The notes beneath the pieces are model-generated. The model did not search any database and had not been told where the DNA came from. It saw only the letters and a program-made list of their open reading frames with translations. Position numbers and translations under genes: made by a program. Shown piece after piece: positions 1-12,304 of a stretch of DNA of 64,000 nucleotides; within the stretch, counting starts at the first letter, position 1; each line of letters opens with the position of its first letter. The stretch is from Mytilus trossulus (lineage: Eukaryota), in the NCBI RefSeq assembly GCF_036588685.1, contig NC_086380.1, forward strand, positions 33,530,313-33,594,312, in the 5' to 3' direction.

Positions 1-3000
1 TGGGGACAAAAAAGGGTCTTACCGGACCTATCTACTCCTTTCCCGATTTTCAATTTTTAAATTAAAAGAAATGCTGAAAAATACAATTTTCTAAATAAAT
101 TCATTAACATAAATACAGCGATTTCAAATAGCTTTTTAGTAACAAAAATATCTAATATTAAATAATTTACCCATTTTCTTGATTACCTATCAGGGGTTAT
201 TCCTCCCCAATTTGTAAGATAATTATTGACGAGAATCCCATTCAAGGCCGCTTGATTTCACGGAGTTGCCAATCTCTGTGTATATTATATGTCTCTAATT
301 TAATAGACTTGTTTTGTCAGTACAAGTAGATGCATCTGAGTTTGCAATTGGCTATGTCCTTTGACAAATATATCCAAACACTAAACTTGAACTTCAGGGT
401 TCGATCACTGGATGAAAATTAACAGAAATGGCACATACATTACACGGAGGGTTATTACCAAAGAACGGTGTCAAACATTTTTATCCAAGTTTTCCCAACA
501 GTAAAAGTCTATGTTTTTACAGACAATATAACAGTTCGCTGAATAGAGACAATAAAACATACCAGAGACACTAAGTTATATCCACATGATTTTTACGAAT
601 ACAATTTTGAGATGAACGATATACCTTAGCAAGAAAAACAAAGCAGATGCCAAATAAAGAAGAGAACATAGATAGAAAAGCTCATTATGATGTCCACAAA
701 CTGAAGTTTAAGTAACAGTTGTAACTCTGAAGGACAACAAGTATGAGTTCATAACATTTTATTATGTGGGAGTTAATAAAAATAAATTAAACAGCCTTGC
801 AATAAAATAATTAAAGATCACGACACTCTTAATTATATTGACCCTGAGGAATTTAAAAGACGCAAAAATATTCCATAACCTTAAAAGACATTGCTCAGAT
901 TATGTAAAAATTTGAAATCACAAATTAGATGGTACCTAAGGACAGACAAAATGAAAGACAACCTGATGCCAAATCATCAATTCAAGATCAAGGATCCTAC
1001 CAAAATGAGATTATATTATGGCCAAACAGCTGGCAATAACAAGGGTCATACCACAAGAAGTATAGGAATTTTGTTGGTTGTCACCAAGCAGAAGAAACGA
1101 CCTATGCAGATGTACAACAGAGATATAACTGGCCAAATATGTATCAACATACCAAAACATACATTAATACTTGTGCAATCTAGCGAAAGTTTCACTTGTT
1201 TACAAATGACATTTGACATTTAAAGACAATTACCCCATAGAATTATTTATATCAGGTTTACCCAAGAGTATAGATAACATAAATTGACTGATACACAATA
1301 AAGCCATGTGCTAGGTGGATACATTTAAATTGTCAACTGAGTCTTTTTGAAAATTTTTACTTGCCTACTAGGTCCACTTTGAGTAAAATATAACATTTGT
1401 ATTGAAAATTGTTTTTTTCAACTGTTTAAAGTAACAGGTGAAGGTTACATTATGTTTTCTGGAAATTAATCTGCATTCTACTAATTTAAACTACTTGCAA
1501 AATATATTATTTATTATAACATACATTATCTTATAATAATTACAAAAAGCATGCAAGTAAAATACAACACAATATCTTATCTTAACAACAAATAATTGAT
1601 GCTATTTAATCAAAGCGCTTGTGTGCACTAAGGAAAGCAGTTTACTATCTCTTTTTGGTTTTAAACTTATTAAAGTTTATTATGATTTACACTGTATTCA
1701 TCCTTTATTAAGGCAATGTTTTGAAAAGAGTTATCTTCCTATGACATTGCAGGTAAAATAGGTATACCATGTAATACTTTTTACAACTTTAAGGATAATT
1801 TTAATATAATGGATTTTTAAACTAGTACAGTAATACATACACATGACATTTATTTAACTTGAAATACTGAGCGTACATTATTACTGAATTGCTTGACATG
1901 GTCATGGATAAGGAGTGACTAAAGGATGTTCACCTCATTGCACTATTTCGAATAAATTAGGAAAGAAACAGTTAAAAATCTCTATTTAGACAGTGATTGT
2001 ACTAAGTCACTAACTCTGCACAAAATCATCAAACCGGAACAAAATTTGAACTGCATCTGTAACTTGTTATGATAAAAAATATACCAAATATTAAATCAAT
2101 ATCTTCAAACATGAAGAAAGATAAGTGTGAAAAACTGATTTGTCAGACTGGCGGATGGACAGACAGAGGGACCAAGTGCAAACCTAAAGCCAACTTTGAC
2201 TTCATCGGTAAGGGAATAAAAAGTAATATAATGCAAATTCATGCTTAGGGTAATACAATATAACTAAAGAAAGTAACCTCACTAATATAAAGATTTAAAA
2301 AAAGCAATAAAATATCAGCAACAACCACTGCATCATTAACAACAGACTTGTAAAACATAGTCTTGATTGTAGTAGCATATGAGATAGAAAGTAATAATTT
2401 CTCAAAAAGTAAATGGTGGCAAGCAATGATAAAAACAGTATGTGTAAAAACAAACTATCACATTTTTTAAGTATGCCAAAATATGAAACAATTCAGAAGT
2501 GAAAATAAAAATATTAACATATAATTCATTGGGAACAACCTCTTATAAATACAACACTACTGCTAAAAACCTAAAATTCAAAAATGTTAAAGAATGTTAA
2601 CCTTTCTAAAAGGCAAAAATTTGTAAGAAATAGAGTTCATTAGAACAAAACATAAACCAACCATTGTCATCAATGGTAAGTTTAAAAATCTAAATGTCAT
2701 GAAACATTTTACAGCATAAAACTAAGAGTTAAAACAGATCTAGAATAGCAAAAACTGCTAAAGGTCAACTAAGAGGGATTTGCAACTTAGTGATAACTCA
2801 AGGCAGTAATCATATGGCAAAAATAACAGATATTATGTTTACAAAATTAGATCAATATACATTAAGGAGGTAACTGCTGACAAAAACAGGTCCGGAGAAA
2901 TGTTTACATTTTCAAAACAATAGTTCAAACATAATCATCTAAAATTTTCAAATCATTTATACTTTGTCAATTGAATGATTTAATTATTCATACTTTTTAA

Positions 3001-3881
3001 AAAGCTATGTTTAAGTCAACTTCACAGCAATTAGTTTTTTGCAATTTTTCTAAACTTTCTGAAATATATCTTTATAAGGGGTTACACATTCAATACAATT
3101 TATAATTATATAGCATTAAATTTCTTGAAAAATGTCAAAAACAAATTAGCTTATCAAATAAGTTCACAGAATACTATAACTGCATCCAATTAATTAAATT
3201 ACTTAAATACTAGTCTTGCCAATAGAGGCCTTTTTAACTGTATTAGATGTATGAATATGTATTGCACCTTTATTTAAAAAATGAGCATAGGCTTTAACTT
3301 TTACTGAGGGATTTCTGTTTTACATTTCAGGATTTAGAAAATGTGGGCTGAGTAAGAGGTATTTAAGTTTGACTGTGCAAAAGGTAAGAAAGTTTTATTA
3401 AGTTGCAGGCAGCAAATCACAGTTAGTTGATAACAGCATATGAAAGTTAATGGTGGGAGGTGATTGACAAGTTGTATGAATTTCTTTAATTTATACGAAA
3501 AGGAAATTTATACTAAATTATTTGCAACCCAAAGCAGTCGGTTGAATAGTCTGATTAATTGAAAAACAAGACAAAATATATGGGAGGAAGAATATGTGTG
3601 CCATTATATGCCAGGCCACACAGTAGAAGCCTATAACCAAATGCAGGTGGAAATCTTTGCAAGACCTAGGAATATACCTTAATTCATCCAAGGTCTAAAT
3701 GCAACCCTGATTATCATAATGAGGTACAACTGTATCGGTTCATATACCATTTTATAGTTATATACTTAATCTATAATTGAACTGTTTAGCTAATTTCCAA
3801 TATAAGACAGATAATATGGATATCAGGACTCAAACAGTCACACTGTCTATTAATATTTTGTATATGTGAACTTCATGGCAG

Positions 3882-3984
3882 TTAAGGCCTTTCTTTAAAG
3901 CTGGCCATAATACCATTTTTGGCTCTCATCACCACCTCTATAAAATGTTCTACTTCATGATCGGGATCTACAGTAATTTCAAAT
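3882..3984 (-). CDS. gene A exon 12, terminal (R-FEITVDPDHEVEHFIEVVMRAKNGIMASFKERP*)
   Basis: Acceptor TTACAG. TAA stop at 3882-3884 (minus). Homologous to the gene B terminal exon (RFEVTLDPDHTVIPFLEVVMRAKTGIMVNFKDRSS*). Confidence 0.8.
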
Positions 3985-4665
3985 CTGTAAATATTAAATA
4001 TTATATGTCAAATTTTTAGAAAAAAATATGCATGAATTTTATAAGCAATCAGACAAAAAAATCAAATTCAAAAACTTCAAAAATATTAAATGCAAAATTC
4101 GTCAAAGATCCTGATTCTAGTCTAACAACAATAATGTAATGTGTTAATAAAAATGTCATTTCTTTACAGTAAAAGTAACAATTATTTAAAGCAAAAGCAA
4201 AGCAAATGTTTTTACTGTAAACAAATAAGTGCAGAAAGTTTCAAATAAAACAATTCATGAAGAGGGTTGGAGCCTTCAAACATGATTGAGTTGCAACCTT
4301 CTTTATGTGCTAATCCCAATCCCAAGTCAGGAGCCTGTAGTTCATTGGTTTTCATTGGTTCATGTCTGTCATATTTGATTTTTTGTAAATTGTTTTAAAT
4401 TAATTAAGCTGTTAGTTTCCTCAATTGAATAATTGTTTCTTATGTTTCATGTTGGGGCAATTTTAGTTTTATAGCACACTATAAAGTATGGATTGTTTTA
4501 TTGCTCATTATTGAAAGCAGTCAATTTGCCTACTTTTGCTTGCATCCACTTCATTTAAACTTTGGTTGATAGATGCCTCATTGGTAATCACAATGGATTT
4601 CCATATTTCTGCCCCCCCCCCCAAAAAAAAAAAAATATCAATACAACAACATTACCTATTGACTA

Positions 4666-4731
4666 GTCTAGCAATTAGGACCTTTTCTTCATTTTGTGCA
4701 AAGGCTTGGCCAATACAATTTCTAAAATAAA
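4666..4731 (-). CDS. gene A exon 11 (R-NCIGQAFAQNEEKVLIARLVN-R)
   Basis: Acceptor ATTTTAG and donor GTAATG. 66 nt as in gene B. Completes FSAGPRNCIG with the heme-ligand Cys. Confidence 0.85.
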
Positions 4732-4974
4732 AAATATTCACATTGACTTATTTTTTACAGTGTGGAAAATTGAATAGAGTCAAAAGCTGCATTATTGATG
4801 TTTTCTCCTTACTAATAAATACTGTAGCAGTTCAGAAATTTAGTAAATTAAATGCTTATTGTCTCTTTCAAACTGCTGACATTCATAACTATCTTCATTC
4901 TTCTCCATGAAAGGAAAACAATTATAAAAATCCTTTTCAAGGACCTTTATCTTCTGTATTTACCCACTAATTTA

Positions 4975-5750
4975 TGGTGGATAATTTGTATTTACCATGG
5001 TCTAACTGAAAATGGAGTAAATCTATTAGGATCCTCTGCATTATAGGGGAGATAATTTATGTTCATTTCATTCAATTAGAAAGTGGAGTAAAACTATAAG
5101 GATCCTCTGCATTATAGGGGAGATAATTTATGTTCATCTCATTCAAGCAGAAAGTGGAGTAAAACTATAAGGATCCTCTGCATTATAGGGGAGATAATTT
5201 ATGTTCATCTCATTTAAGCAGAAAGTGGAGTAAAACTATAAGGATCCTCTGCATTATAGGGGAGATAATTTATGTTCATTTCATTCAAGCAGAAAGTGGA
5301 GTAAAACTATAAGGATCCTATGCATTATAGGGGAGATAATTTATGTTCATCTCATTCAAGCAGAAAGTGGAGTAAAACTATAAGGATCCTCTGCATTATA
5401 GGGGAGATAATTTATGTTCATCTCATTCAAGCAGAAAGTGGAGTAAAACTATAAGGATCCTCTGCATTATAGGGGAGATAATTTATGTTCATCTCATTCA
5501 AGCAGAAAGTGGAGTAAAACTATAAGGATCCTCTGCATTATAGGGGAGATAATTTATGTTCATCTCATTCAAGCAGAAAGTGGAGTAAAACTATAAGGAT
5601 CCTCTGCATTATAGGGGAGATAATTTATGTTCATCTCAATCAAGCAGAAAGTGAAAAAAAAACTATACAGATCCTCTGCATTATAGGGGAGATAATTCAT
5701 GTTCATCTCAATCAAGCAGAAAACGGAGTAAAACTATAAGGATCCTCCCC
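4975..5750 (-). repeat. 71-bp tandem array, about 11 copies, in gene A intron 10, derived from the exon 10/intron 10 junction
   Basis: Plus-strand monomer GGGGAGATAATTTATGTTCATCTCATTCAAGCAGAAAGTGGAGTAAAACTATAAGGATCCTCTGCATTATA. It aligns to 6001-6070, which is intron start GGGGAGATAATTCATATTTAC plus the exon 10 3' end. On the minus strand it reads DPYSFTP(L)SA…. Confidence 0.8.
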
Positions 5751-6022
5751 AAGAGGTTTGTTTCAATTAGTCTTCCACCATTATTAGAGATGATTCATAG
5801 TCACAGTGGTCAGGCAGAAAATTCATTAAAGTTTTAAGGATCTACTGAGAAAGTTTCTATTGAAACTTTCTACAGGAAAGGGGAGATAACTCAAATCTAA
5901 ATTTGTCAAGGAGAAAATAGAGTACAACTATAAGAAACTTCGAAGGAAGTCTGTATCAATTAAATCTTTTTTGTCTCTAGTTAATTTTGTTTTACATTTC
6001 AGGGGAGATAATTCATATTTAC

Positions 6023-6105
6023 CTTGGTCCAGCTGAAAAGGGAGTAAAACTGTAGGGATCCATATCATGATGTTTGTCTCCCTCAAATCTCTCTGGTTTA
6101 AATTC
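6023..6105 (-). CDS. gene A exon 10 (EFKPERFEGDKHHDMDPYSFTPFSAGP-R)
   Basis: Acceptor TTTCAG and donor GTAAAT. 83 nt as in gene B. PERF motif and start of heme-binding loop. The ORF-track stop after GPR is the GTAA of the donor. Confidence 0.85.
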
Positions 6106-7098
6106 CTGAAATTGCAAATAAATTGTATCAATATTTGCTTTATAGATAAAAAATGTTTGAAAGGTGAGTCTGGTTATTGATGTCTCATTCAAAATTGCAA
6201 ATAAACTACTGTTTTTAATATAAAAAAAAATTGTTTTTAAAATGATTATCGACATATTTTTATGTATTTGTTTTTGTTTATGTTTTACCATGCCAAAATT
6301 AAATGGCTAAAGAATGTGAATAGTTCCTACATTTAAAACAATTTCAATTGTATTCATTTCAATAGAATCCAAAAAAATCATTGACTGCTTGTTTTATTAC
6401 TGTTAAAAATAGAATGACACATAACCATTCTCTTGTCAAATTTTATATCTGATTTTAAATAATATGCCATAATGTTTCTGGATATTTGGTAATGTATAAT
6501 GCATCTTAGCTACTTTGTAGCTTGTAAAACTTTACTTTAATTTGTTTCTTGGATGGAGAGTTATCTCATTGGCACTCATACCACATCTTCTTAGATCTAT
6601 TTAACCTAATAGGACTTGTATTCAATCTAATGAAATGTATCATGTTGAATCTTATATTAAATTAACAACAGATATTTTTTTCATATTAAACATATTACAT
6701 TCTAAACCTTTCCCTTTCTTGTTGATTCATTTATTTTCATTGTTACCAATTTTAGTGTACTTAGGGAAAAAATTCATGAATATTTTATTTCTTGTTTTCC
6801 CAAAGTCTACATACAAACCAGAAAAAACATTGTTATTCATTGAACATTTAATTTCTTGGTTCACCTGCACCCATGAGATCCATGAAGATTGTTTTTCTAA
6901 CAAATAATGATGAACCCCTAGTAGTAAACCTTATTTAAGTATTTGAGTGTGGATTCCATTGACAGGTAAAAATAGCAGCATATGTCAACCCTGTCAATTC
7001 ACAATTTTACCCTCCTGTTAGAGGTCGTTCTAAAATTTGTGTTTTTGACCTTGATTTGACATTGGGAAACACCTTCAGCACCTATATTGTATAATTAC

Positions 7099-7294
7099 CC
7101 ATGGATCCTCCCATACATCAGGATGATGATGAGCATGATAGATAGCCATATCTATAAAACTGCCTTTAGGTATCTCTATACCTTCAATAATACATGGTTC
7201 ATCTAACATCCTACTGATAACTGGTACTGGGGTGTGGTGTCTCATTACTTCCTTCAGAAAACAGCTTAAATATTTCATTTTAGATATGTCTTCA
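7099..7294 (-). CDS. gene A exon 9 (EDISKMKYLSCFLKEVMRHHTPVPVISRMLDEPCIIEGIEIPKGSFIDMAIYHAHHHPDVWEDPW)
   Basis: Acceptor TTTTAG and donor GTAATT. 196 nt as in gene B. K-helix ExxR (EVMR). Overlaps minus ORF 7075..7278. Confidence 0.85.
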
Positions 7295-8098
7295 CTAAAA
7301 TAAAATATTTAAAAGATTAAAATAAAAAAACAAGAACATGATGAATGTAAGATGAGAAAAATATGACATTTTTTGTTGAATGATATGTACACAGTTAACT
7401 TTCATTATATTGAAACTGATCTGATGGGACATGATAAAAAAAATTAATTATATGAAATTTGACCAAAAAGGAGCTTACTTACAAACAATCAGGTGGAGAA
7501 AACTACATTTTGCACACATAGTTAAACCAGTATTGCTCATTATGATGTATTTTAATGGACAAGGATCAAATTCAAAGCCTTTTTTAGCAGATGGTATTAT
7601 TTTTAGTAGTTGTGTTTAAAAATACTGTATGATTTCTTTTAAGTTCGGCTTTGAAAGATATCTATAATGAAATATTTTTAGGCAAATATTAAGTCAACTG
7701 AGATAGAGGCAAAGAACAAGACTGTTTAGTTTATATAGATATAGGAAAATGTGGTGTGAGTGCCAATGAGACAACTCTCCATCCAAATAACAATGTATAA
7801 AAGAATTTCACAGTTTAACTTTGGCCCAGTATTTTCAGATAAGATTTTTGTAAAAGTTAAACAACTCCGAACGCAAAGTGATGAGAAAAACTCATTTGGA
7901 CCTTCAGGTAAGGTGAGCTAAAAATGTAGTCTTTCTACAGACTGTTACCTGGTGAACTAGCATGTTGGTCTAGTTAATAGCAGGGTTAATATTTATATTA
8001 CATGTACATGTTCTCGTCCTGATTATGCATATCAATTTGCCTCTGGACGTTAACCAAACATCCATCCTCATTATCAATTAATTAAGCCTTTTACTTAC

Positions 8099-8222
8099 CA
8101 ATCAACATACTGTTTGTCCCCAATGACCCCTCTGACCTCTTCATAAACTTTGTCCTGTATGTCTTTGTGTTTGCCTAAACTGTATATACTCCAGCTCAAC
8201 ACACTGGATGTAGTGTCGTGAC
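8099..8222 (-). CDS. gene A exon 8 ([42 protein letters not shown])
   Basis: Acceptor CATATAG and donor GTAAGT. 124 nt as in B and C. Overlaps minus ORF 8095..8313. Confidence 0.85.
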
Positions 8223-9537
8223 CTATATGCCATAGAAAGAGATACATTATCATTATGATCATCATTTCATGAGTGTAAAAATCAGATGTTAGCAAATAGA
8301 TGGAGCTATTCAAAAATATCCATCAAGAGCTGAGCACATAGATGAATAATGGAAGAATCTGACTTAATAGATTTAAAACTGTAGATATTATTCATTAATC
8401 TGATTCTGTTTCATCAACTTCTTTTTAACTTTATAAACAGTATTAACATACAATATCTTTCTCAAAATAACTTGAAACTACTAAAAAAAGGTTAACATTA
8501 CATAAGTTCATTGAATTTTGATACATAGATAAAATGCATACAACAGCGGTTTAAAATTAATCTTAAATCAAAAAGGTTATAGACTTTTGGGACTAACAAG
8601 TCAAAGTTCAGGCTGTGAAAAACAACGGTTAGAACTCAGGTTTTTAAAATAACTATTTTCAGGGGTCATTTATATTTACGGACGCCATCACGAGTTGGTT
8701 GACCGTTATGGAATTACCGTTTCACAAATGATATCGGATATGTTCCTTACGTCGTAACTACAATCCCCTTCCCTTTCATGAATGTGACCTACTGAATTAA
8801 GACTATTTACCGGATTTGATATCACATAAGCAACCCGACGGGTGCCATATGTGGAGCAGGATCTGCTTACCCTTACGGAGCACCTGAGATCACCCCTAGT
8901 TTTTGGTGGGGTTCATGTTGTTTATTCTTTGGTTTTCTATGTTGTGTCATGTGTACTATTGTTTTTTTTTTTTTTTTCATTTCTAGCCATGGCGTTGTCA
9001 GTTTGTTTTAGATTTATGAGTTTGACTGTCCCTTTGGTATCTTTCGTCCCTCTTTTAGGATCAGGACTCTTGATTTCTTTACATTTAAGTTTGTAGATTT
9101 AGGACATGCAGAATTCAGAACATCTGATACACAATTGGAATATATTGATTAACATATAAAATGCTGGATATTCAATCAAGTATATGTATAGCTTGCTGTT
9201 CCATGTGAGCCAAGGCTCTGTTTTGAAAACCATACTTTGACCTATAATGCTTTACTTTTACAAATTGCAAATTGGATTGAGAGTTGTCTTATTGACACTC
9301 ATACCACATCTTCTTATATCTATATATTTACATTAGATGTATGTTTCCTTATAATACTTTATTCTGATTGGCTAATTGCACATCACATGTTATTCCTTCT
9401 GCCATTGCATCACTCGATAAAACTTATCATCCGTGATAGCATGGGGTCCCACAATAAAGTGTACAGTTGAATTAAATAAAACAATATATAAAATTCGTTT
9501 TTTCATGACCATAGCTAAAATAAATGTAATTATAAGT

Positions 9538-9685
9538 ATTGAATGCTTCTTTTTGGAACTTCATAGGGTTGTAAAAGCTTGATCGTGCACCCATTTTTAG
9601 AATGAAGCGCTTCCACGCTTTGAACAAAATGTACTTCGGTCAACGCTTTTACAACCCAATGAAGTTACAAAAAGAAGTATTCAGT
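9538..9685. repeat. ~45-bp inverted repeat arms with ~60-bp spacer (MITE-like hairpin) in gene A intron 7
   Basis: ATTGAATGCTTCTTTTTGGAACTTCATAGGGTTGTAAAAGC is the reverse complement of GCTTTTACAACCCAATGAAGTTACAAAAAGAAGTATTCAGT, with one or two mismatches. Confidence 0.7.
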
Positions 9686-9724
9686 TCTTAAATATAAGCT
9701 TTAATTATAAATATAATCCTTTAC

Positions 9725-9857
9725 CAGCAAACATAAATGTATCCACCTCAGATCTGATCTCTACATTAGTCAATCCTTTACCAGATTCATCTCTCGCTGT
9801 TAACAAAATATCCAGAAAATCCAACTGTCTTTTCTTCTTTGTTTTGGAGTCGTCCTT
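9725..9857 (-). CDS. gene A exon 7 ([45 protein letters not shown])
   Basis: Acceptor TTTTATAG and donor GTAAAG. 133 nt as in B and C. Conserved LDFLDIL…EVDTF[ML]FAGHDTT I-helix region. Confidence 0.85.
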
Positions 9858-10593
9858 CTATAAAAGTATCAAGTTATAATAATTTCAATTCTAATGGTGA
9901 AAAAATTTAAAAGAAAAAAAATGAAATACTATGAATGCAATTTTCATTTGAGGTATAAGCTTTGTATTTATAGCTTTTTGTTTGTATGTTTTCACATTGT
10001 TTAAGAAGAAAAAAACATGTCAAAATCTAGCTCAAGTGGTGTACCCACATTAGCTGCCACAAAAAAAGTATAAATAAAAATGCTGTGAGTATTTTCCAGT
10101 TTACAATGCAAAAATTTGATCTGCAGTAGATCTAAAACCAGTTTATTTATGAATGACATATAATCATGTATTGTTCAATATATCATATACGTTGTATATC
10201 AATTTAAGCATGATAATTCTAGAGATTTTCCAAACAGTAATTTTTTGGTGCCCTTTACAGCTTGCTGTTCAGTGTGAGCCAAGGCTCCGTGTTGAAGACC
10301 ATACTTTGACCTATAATGGTTTTCCTTTTAAAATTAGGGCTTGGATGGAAGGTTGTGTCATTGGCACTCATATCACATCTACTTATATCTAAGGCTGGAA
10401 TACATGATATGTTATGAATGTATGCAATCCTGAATATGCAATAAAGGTTTCAATGTATCATCTATTATATCTGATTTTCAACATCTTAAAATATATCTAA
10501 ATAAAAGATAAAATGATATTAATTCACACCAGAAAACTTAAATTAAATTACATTTCAGTGAAAAAGGTCAACAATAGACATAATGCATCATAC

Positions 10594-10717
10594 CAAATCA
10601 TCTTTTCTCTTCAAAATAATATCTTCTGAAAACTCATGAACATAATCACAGAGCTTGAAAAATTCTTTACCACTAGGTGACAGCTTGAATAGAAATTCTG
10701 GATACAAGTTAATGTTT
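10594..10717 (-). CDS. gene A exon 6 (L-NINLYPEFLFKLSPSGKEFFKLCDYVHEFSEDIILKRKDDL)
   Basis: Acceptor TTGTAG and donor GTATGA. Homologous to B/C exon 6 (…GKEFFK[IL]C[ED]YVHKFSKDIIS…KEL). One codon shorter than B and C. Confidence 0.8.
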
Positions 10718-11539
10718 CTACAAAGTAAAGGCATTGTCAGTCATATATACAAAGTCCAATGATTCAAATTAAATAGTAACAGACTGCATGATTCAGTATA
10801 GTATTGAGACCATTTGGCATCAATTCAAATGAGTAATTTCATTACATTAATAAACAATATCACTATTTTGGTGCATTTCTCCTTTGATCTTTTATGTGAT
10901 AAATTTTTATATCATTTATTTGCTTAAGATGGAAAATTATATGAGAGTGCAGCACAGAAGCATCCTCTCCTTTGAAACCTTTGATAACCTATAAATAAAG
11001 TAATGCTGTCAATAATTTTTTCACAATGTATTGTGCAATTATTTGTTTTTAGAAAGTTTAAAGTTATAAATTTTTGGGCACCACAAAGTAAATTTCCCCT
11101 TCTCACCCAAAAAATATGACTGACTTTTTCTAGTGTGGTAAATTATGGTTGTGATCTTTTAACTTTAACTTTTACTAGCAAAAATTAGTTTTATCTTCTT
11201 ATTGGGACTCAGCATACTAAATTTGTTGAAGAAAACTGATGAAGACTGGGCATCGATATACTTGTCTGTCTGGTGTTGACATCATTTTTATCTGGATCCT
11301 CAATTGCTTTTAATTTTAATACAATAATCAAAGTTGGTCATATTTTGTCTGTAAGGGTTCTCAAAAGCAGCAATTGTTTACACGAATCACATGCTACCCT
11401 TTTTATTACACCACAATGAAAGTTAGGTATGCCTCATTCCAGGCATAAATTATCTTCTTTTTTCAGATCAAACAAACTTCTCACTATAAATATTTTGTAC
11501 TTCAAACAAAAAAAGTTCAGAACAGTATTTATAACTTAC

Positions 11540-11602
11540 AGACATCTATGTAGTGTTAGTTCAATCATTCTTTTAACAGCTTTAACATATGGATGGCTTT
11601 CC
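11540..11602 (-). CDS. gene A exon 5 (G-ESHPYVKAVKRMIELTLHRC-L)
   Basis: Acceptor CTTTACAG and donor GTAAGT. 63 nt as in genes B and C. SHPYV motif shared with B (DSHPYVTAV) and C (EHHPYVIAV). Confidence 0.8.
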
Positions 11603-12304
11603 CTGTAAAGATAAAATGTATCTTTTTATAATTGTGCCCATTTAGCAATAATAGCAGCAGAAGTCTAACAACTTTTCTTAGAGACTGAACTATTGGTGTT
11701 TTTATGATTTGAAATTATGCACATCTTTCAAAATAGCTAGTAAATTTTAATATACATAAATCCATCTTAGTAAATGTATCAACAGATGAACTATTCAATT
11801 TAATAAATCTATTAGATGGGAAATTTGCCATGTGACATATTCAAAAAGTCAACTTTTAAAAATAAGCAATTAAAACATGTGACAATAAAATTGAGAATGG
11901 ACATGGGGAAAGTGTCAAAAAGACAACAAAAAAAAGAGCAGAAAACATTCAGCAGATATACATTTCTAGAAAGCATGCATTGGACTATTGTCAACTATTT
12001 TTTAATTATTTGGGAAAATATTTCAAAAAATCTGTTTTTAAAGGATTTACGTATGTAAAGTTGACAGCTTTGGATCCAATTTATTGTACTCTTCTTTACA
12101 GAATCATGTATTGTTCATGTTGTATGGAGGTAGGTTCAAACCAATTTTTCTAGGAATTAATTAAAATTTAAATTGATGGAATTATATAGTAAATAAGGAT
12201 ACATCTACATAAAGAAATGTAGTTGAAAAACTCAACATGGTTGCAATTTGGGTACCCTCACGTTAATCCTGAATGCCAATTGATGATTAGAAAATTTGAT
12301 ATAA

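Noticed and set aside
891-1223. 110-aa ORF in the 5' flank of the window.
   Set aside because: It is AT-rich with a low-complexity lysine/asparagine-biased translation, has no splice partners and no recognisable homology. It lies in the presumptive 3' flank or UTR region of gene A.
2100-2215. Exon-like segment ATGAAGAAAGATAAGTGTGAAAAACTG…TTCATCG|GTAAGG (MKKDKCEKLICQTGGWTDRGTKCKPKANFDFIG).
   Set aside because: There are no companion exons. The GGATGGACAGACAGAGGGACC core resembles the GTCTGTCC micro-repeat of the ~250-bp interspersed family (for example 54500-54560). It is downstream of the gene A 3' end, so it is most likely a repeat fragment.
10924-11106. Minus-strand ORF (…KFITLNFLK…IDSITLFIGYQRFQRRG…) with faint resemblance to the CYP4 exon 4 end (…LLQCSLGYKGNVQ).
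   Set aside because: It is located downstream of exon 5 (inside intron 5), has no in-phase acceptor, and starts at a non-ATG codon. The genuine exon 4 (16466-16590) and exon 5 (11540-11602) were found elsewhere with correct length and phase.
11640-11800. Minus-strand stretch reading IKLNSSSVDTFTKMDLCILKFTSYFERCA*, weakly like the start of exon 4 (DKLASGS…).
   Set aside because: It has an in-frame stop, no acceptor or donor, and under 30% similarity. It could be a decayed relic of an older exon 4 copy, but the evidence is too weak. The region also overlaps a SINE-like repeat copy (11865-11995).
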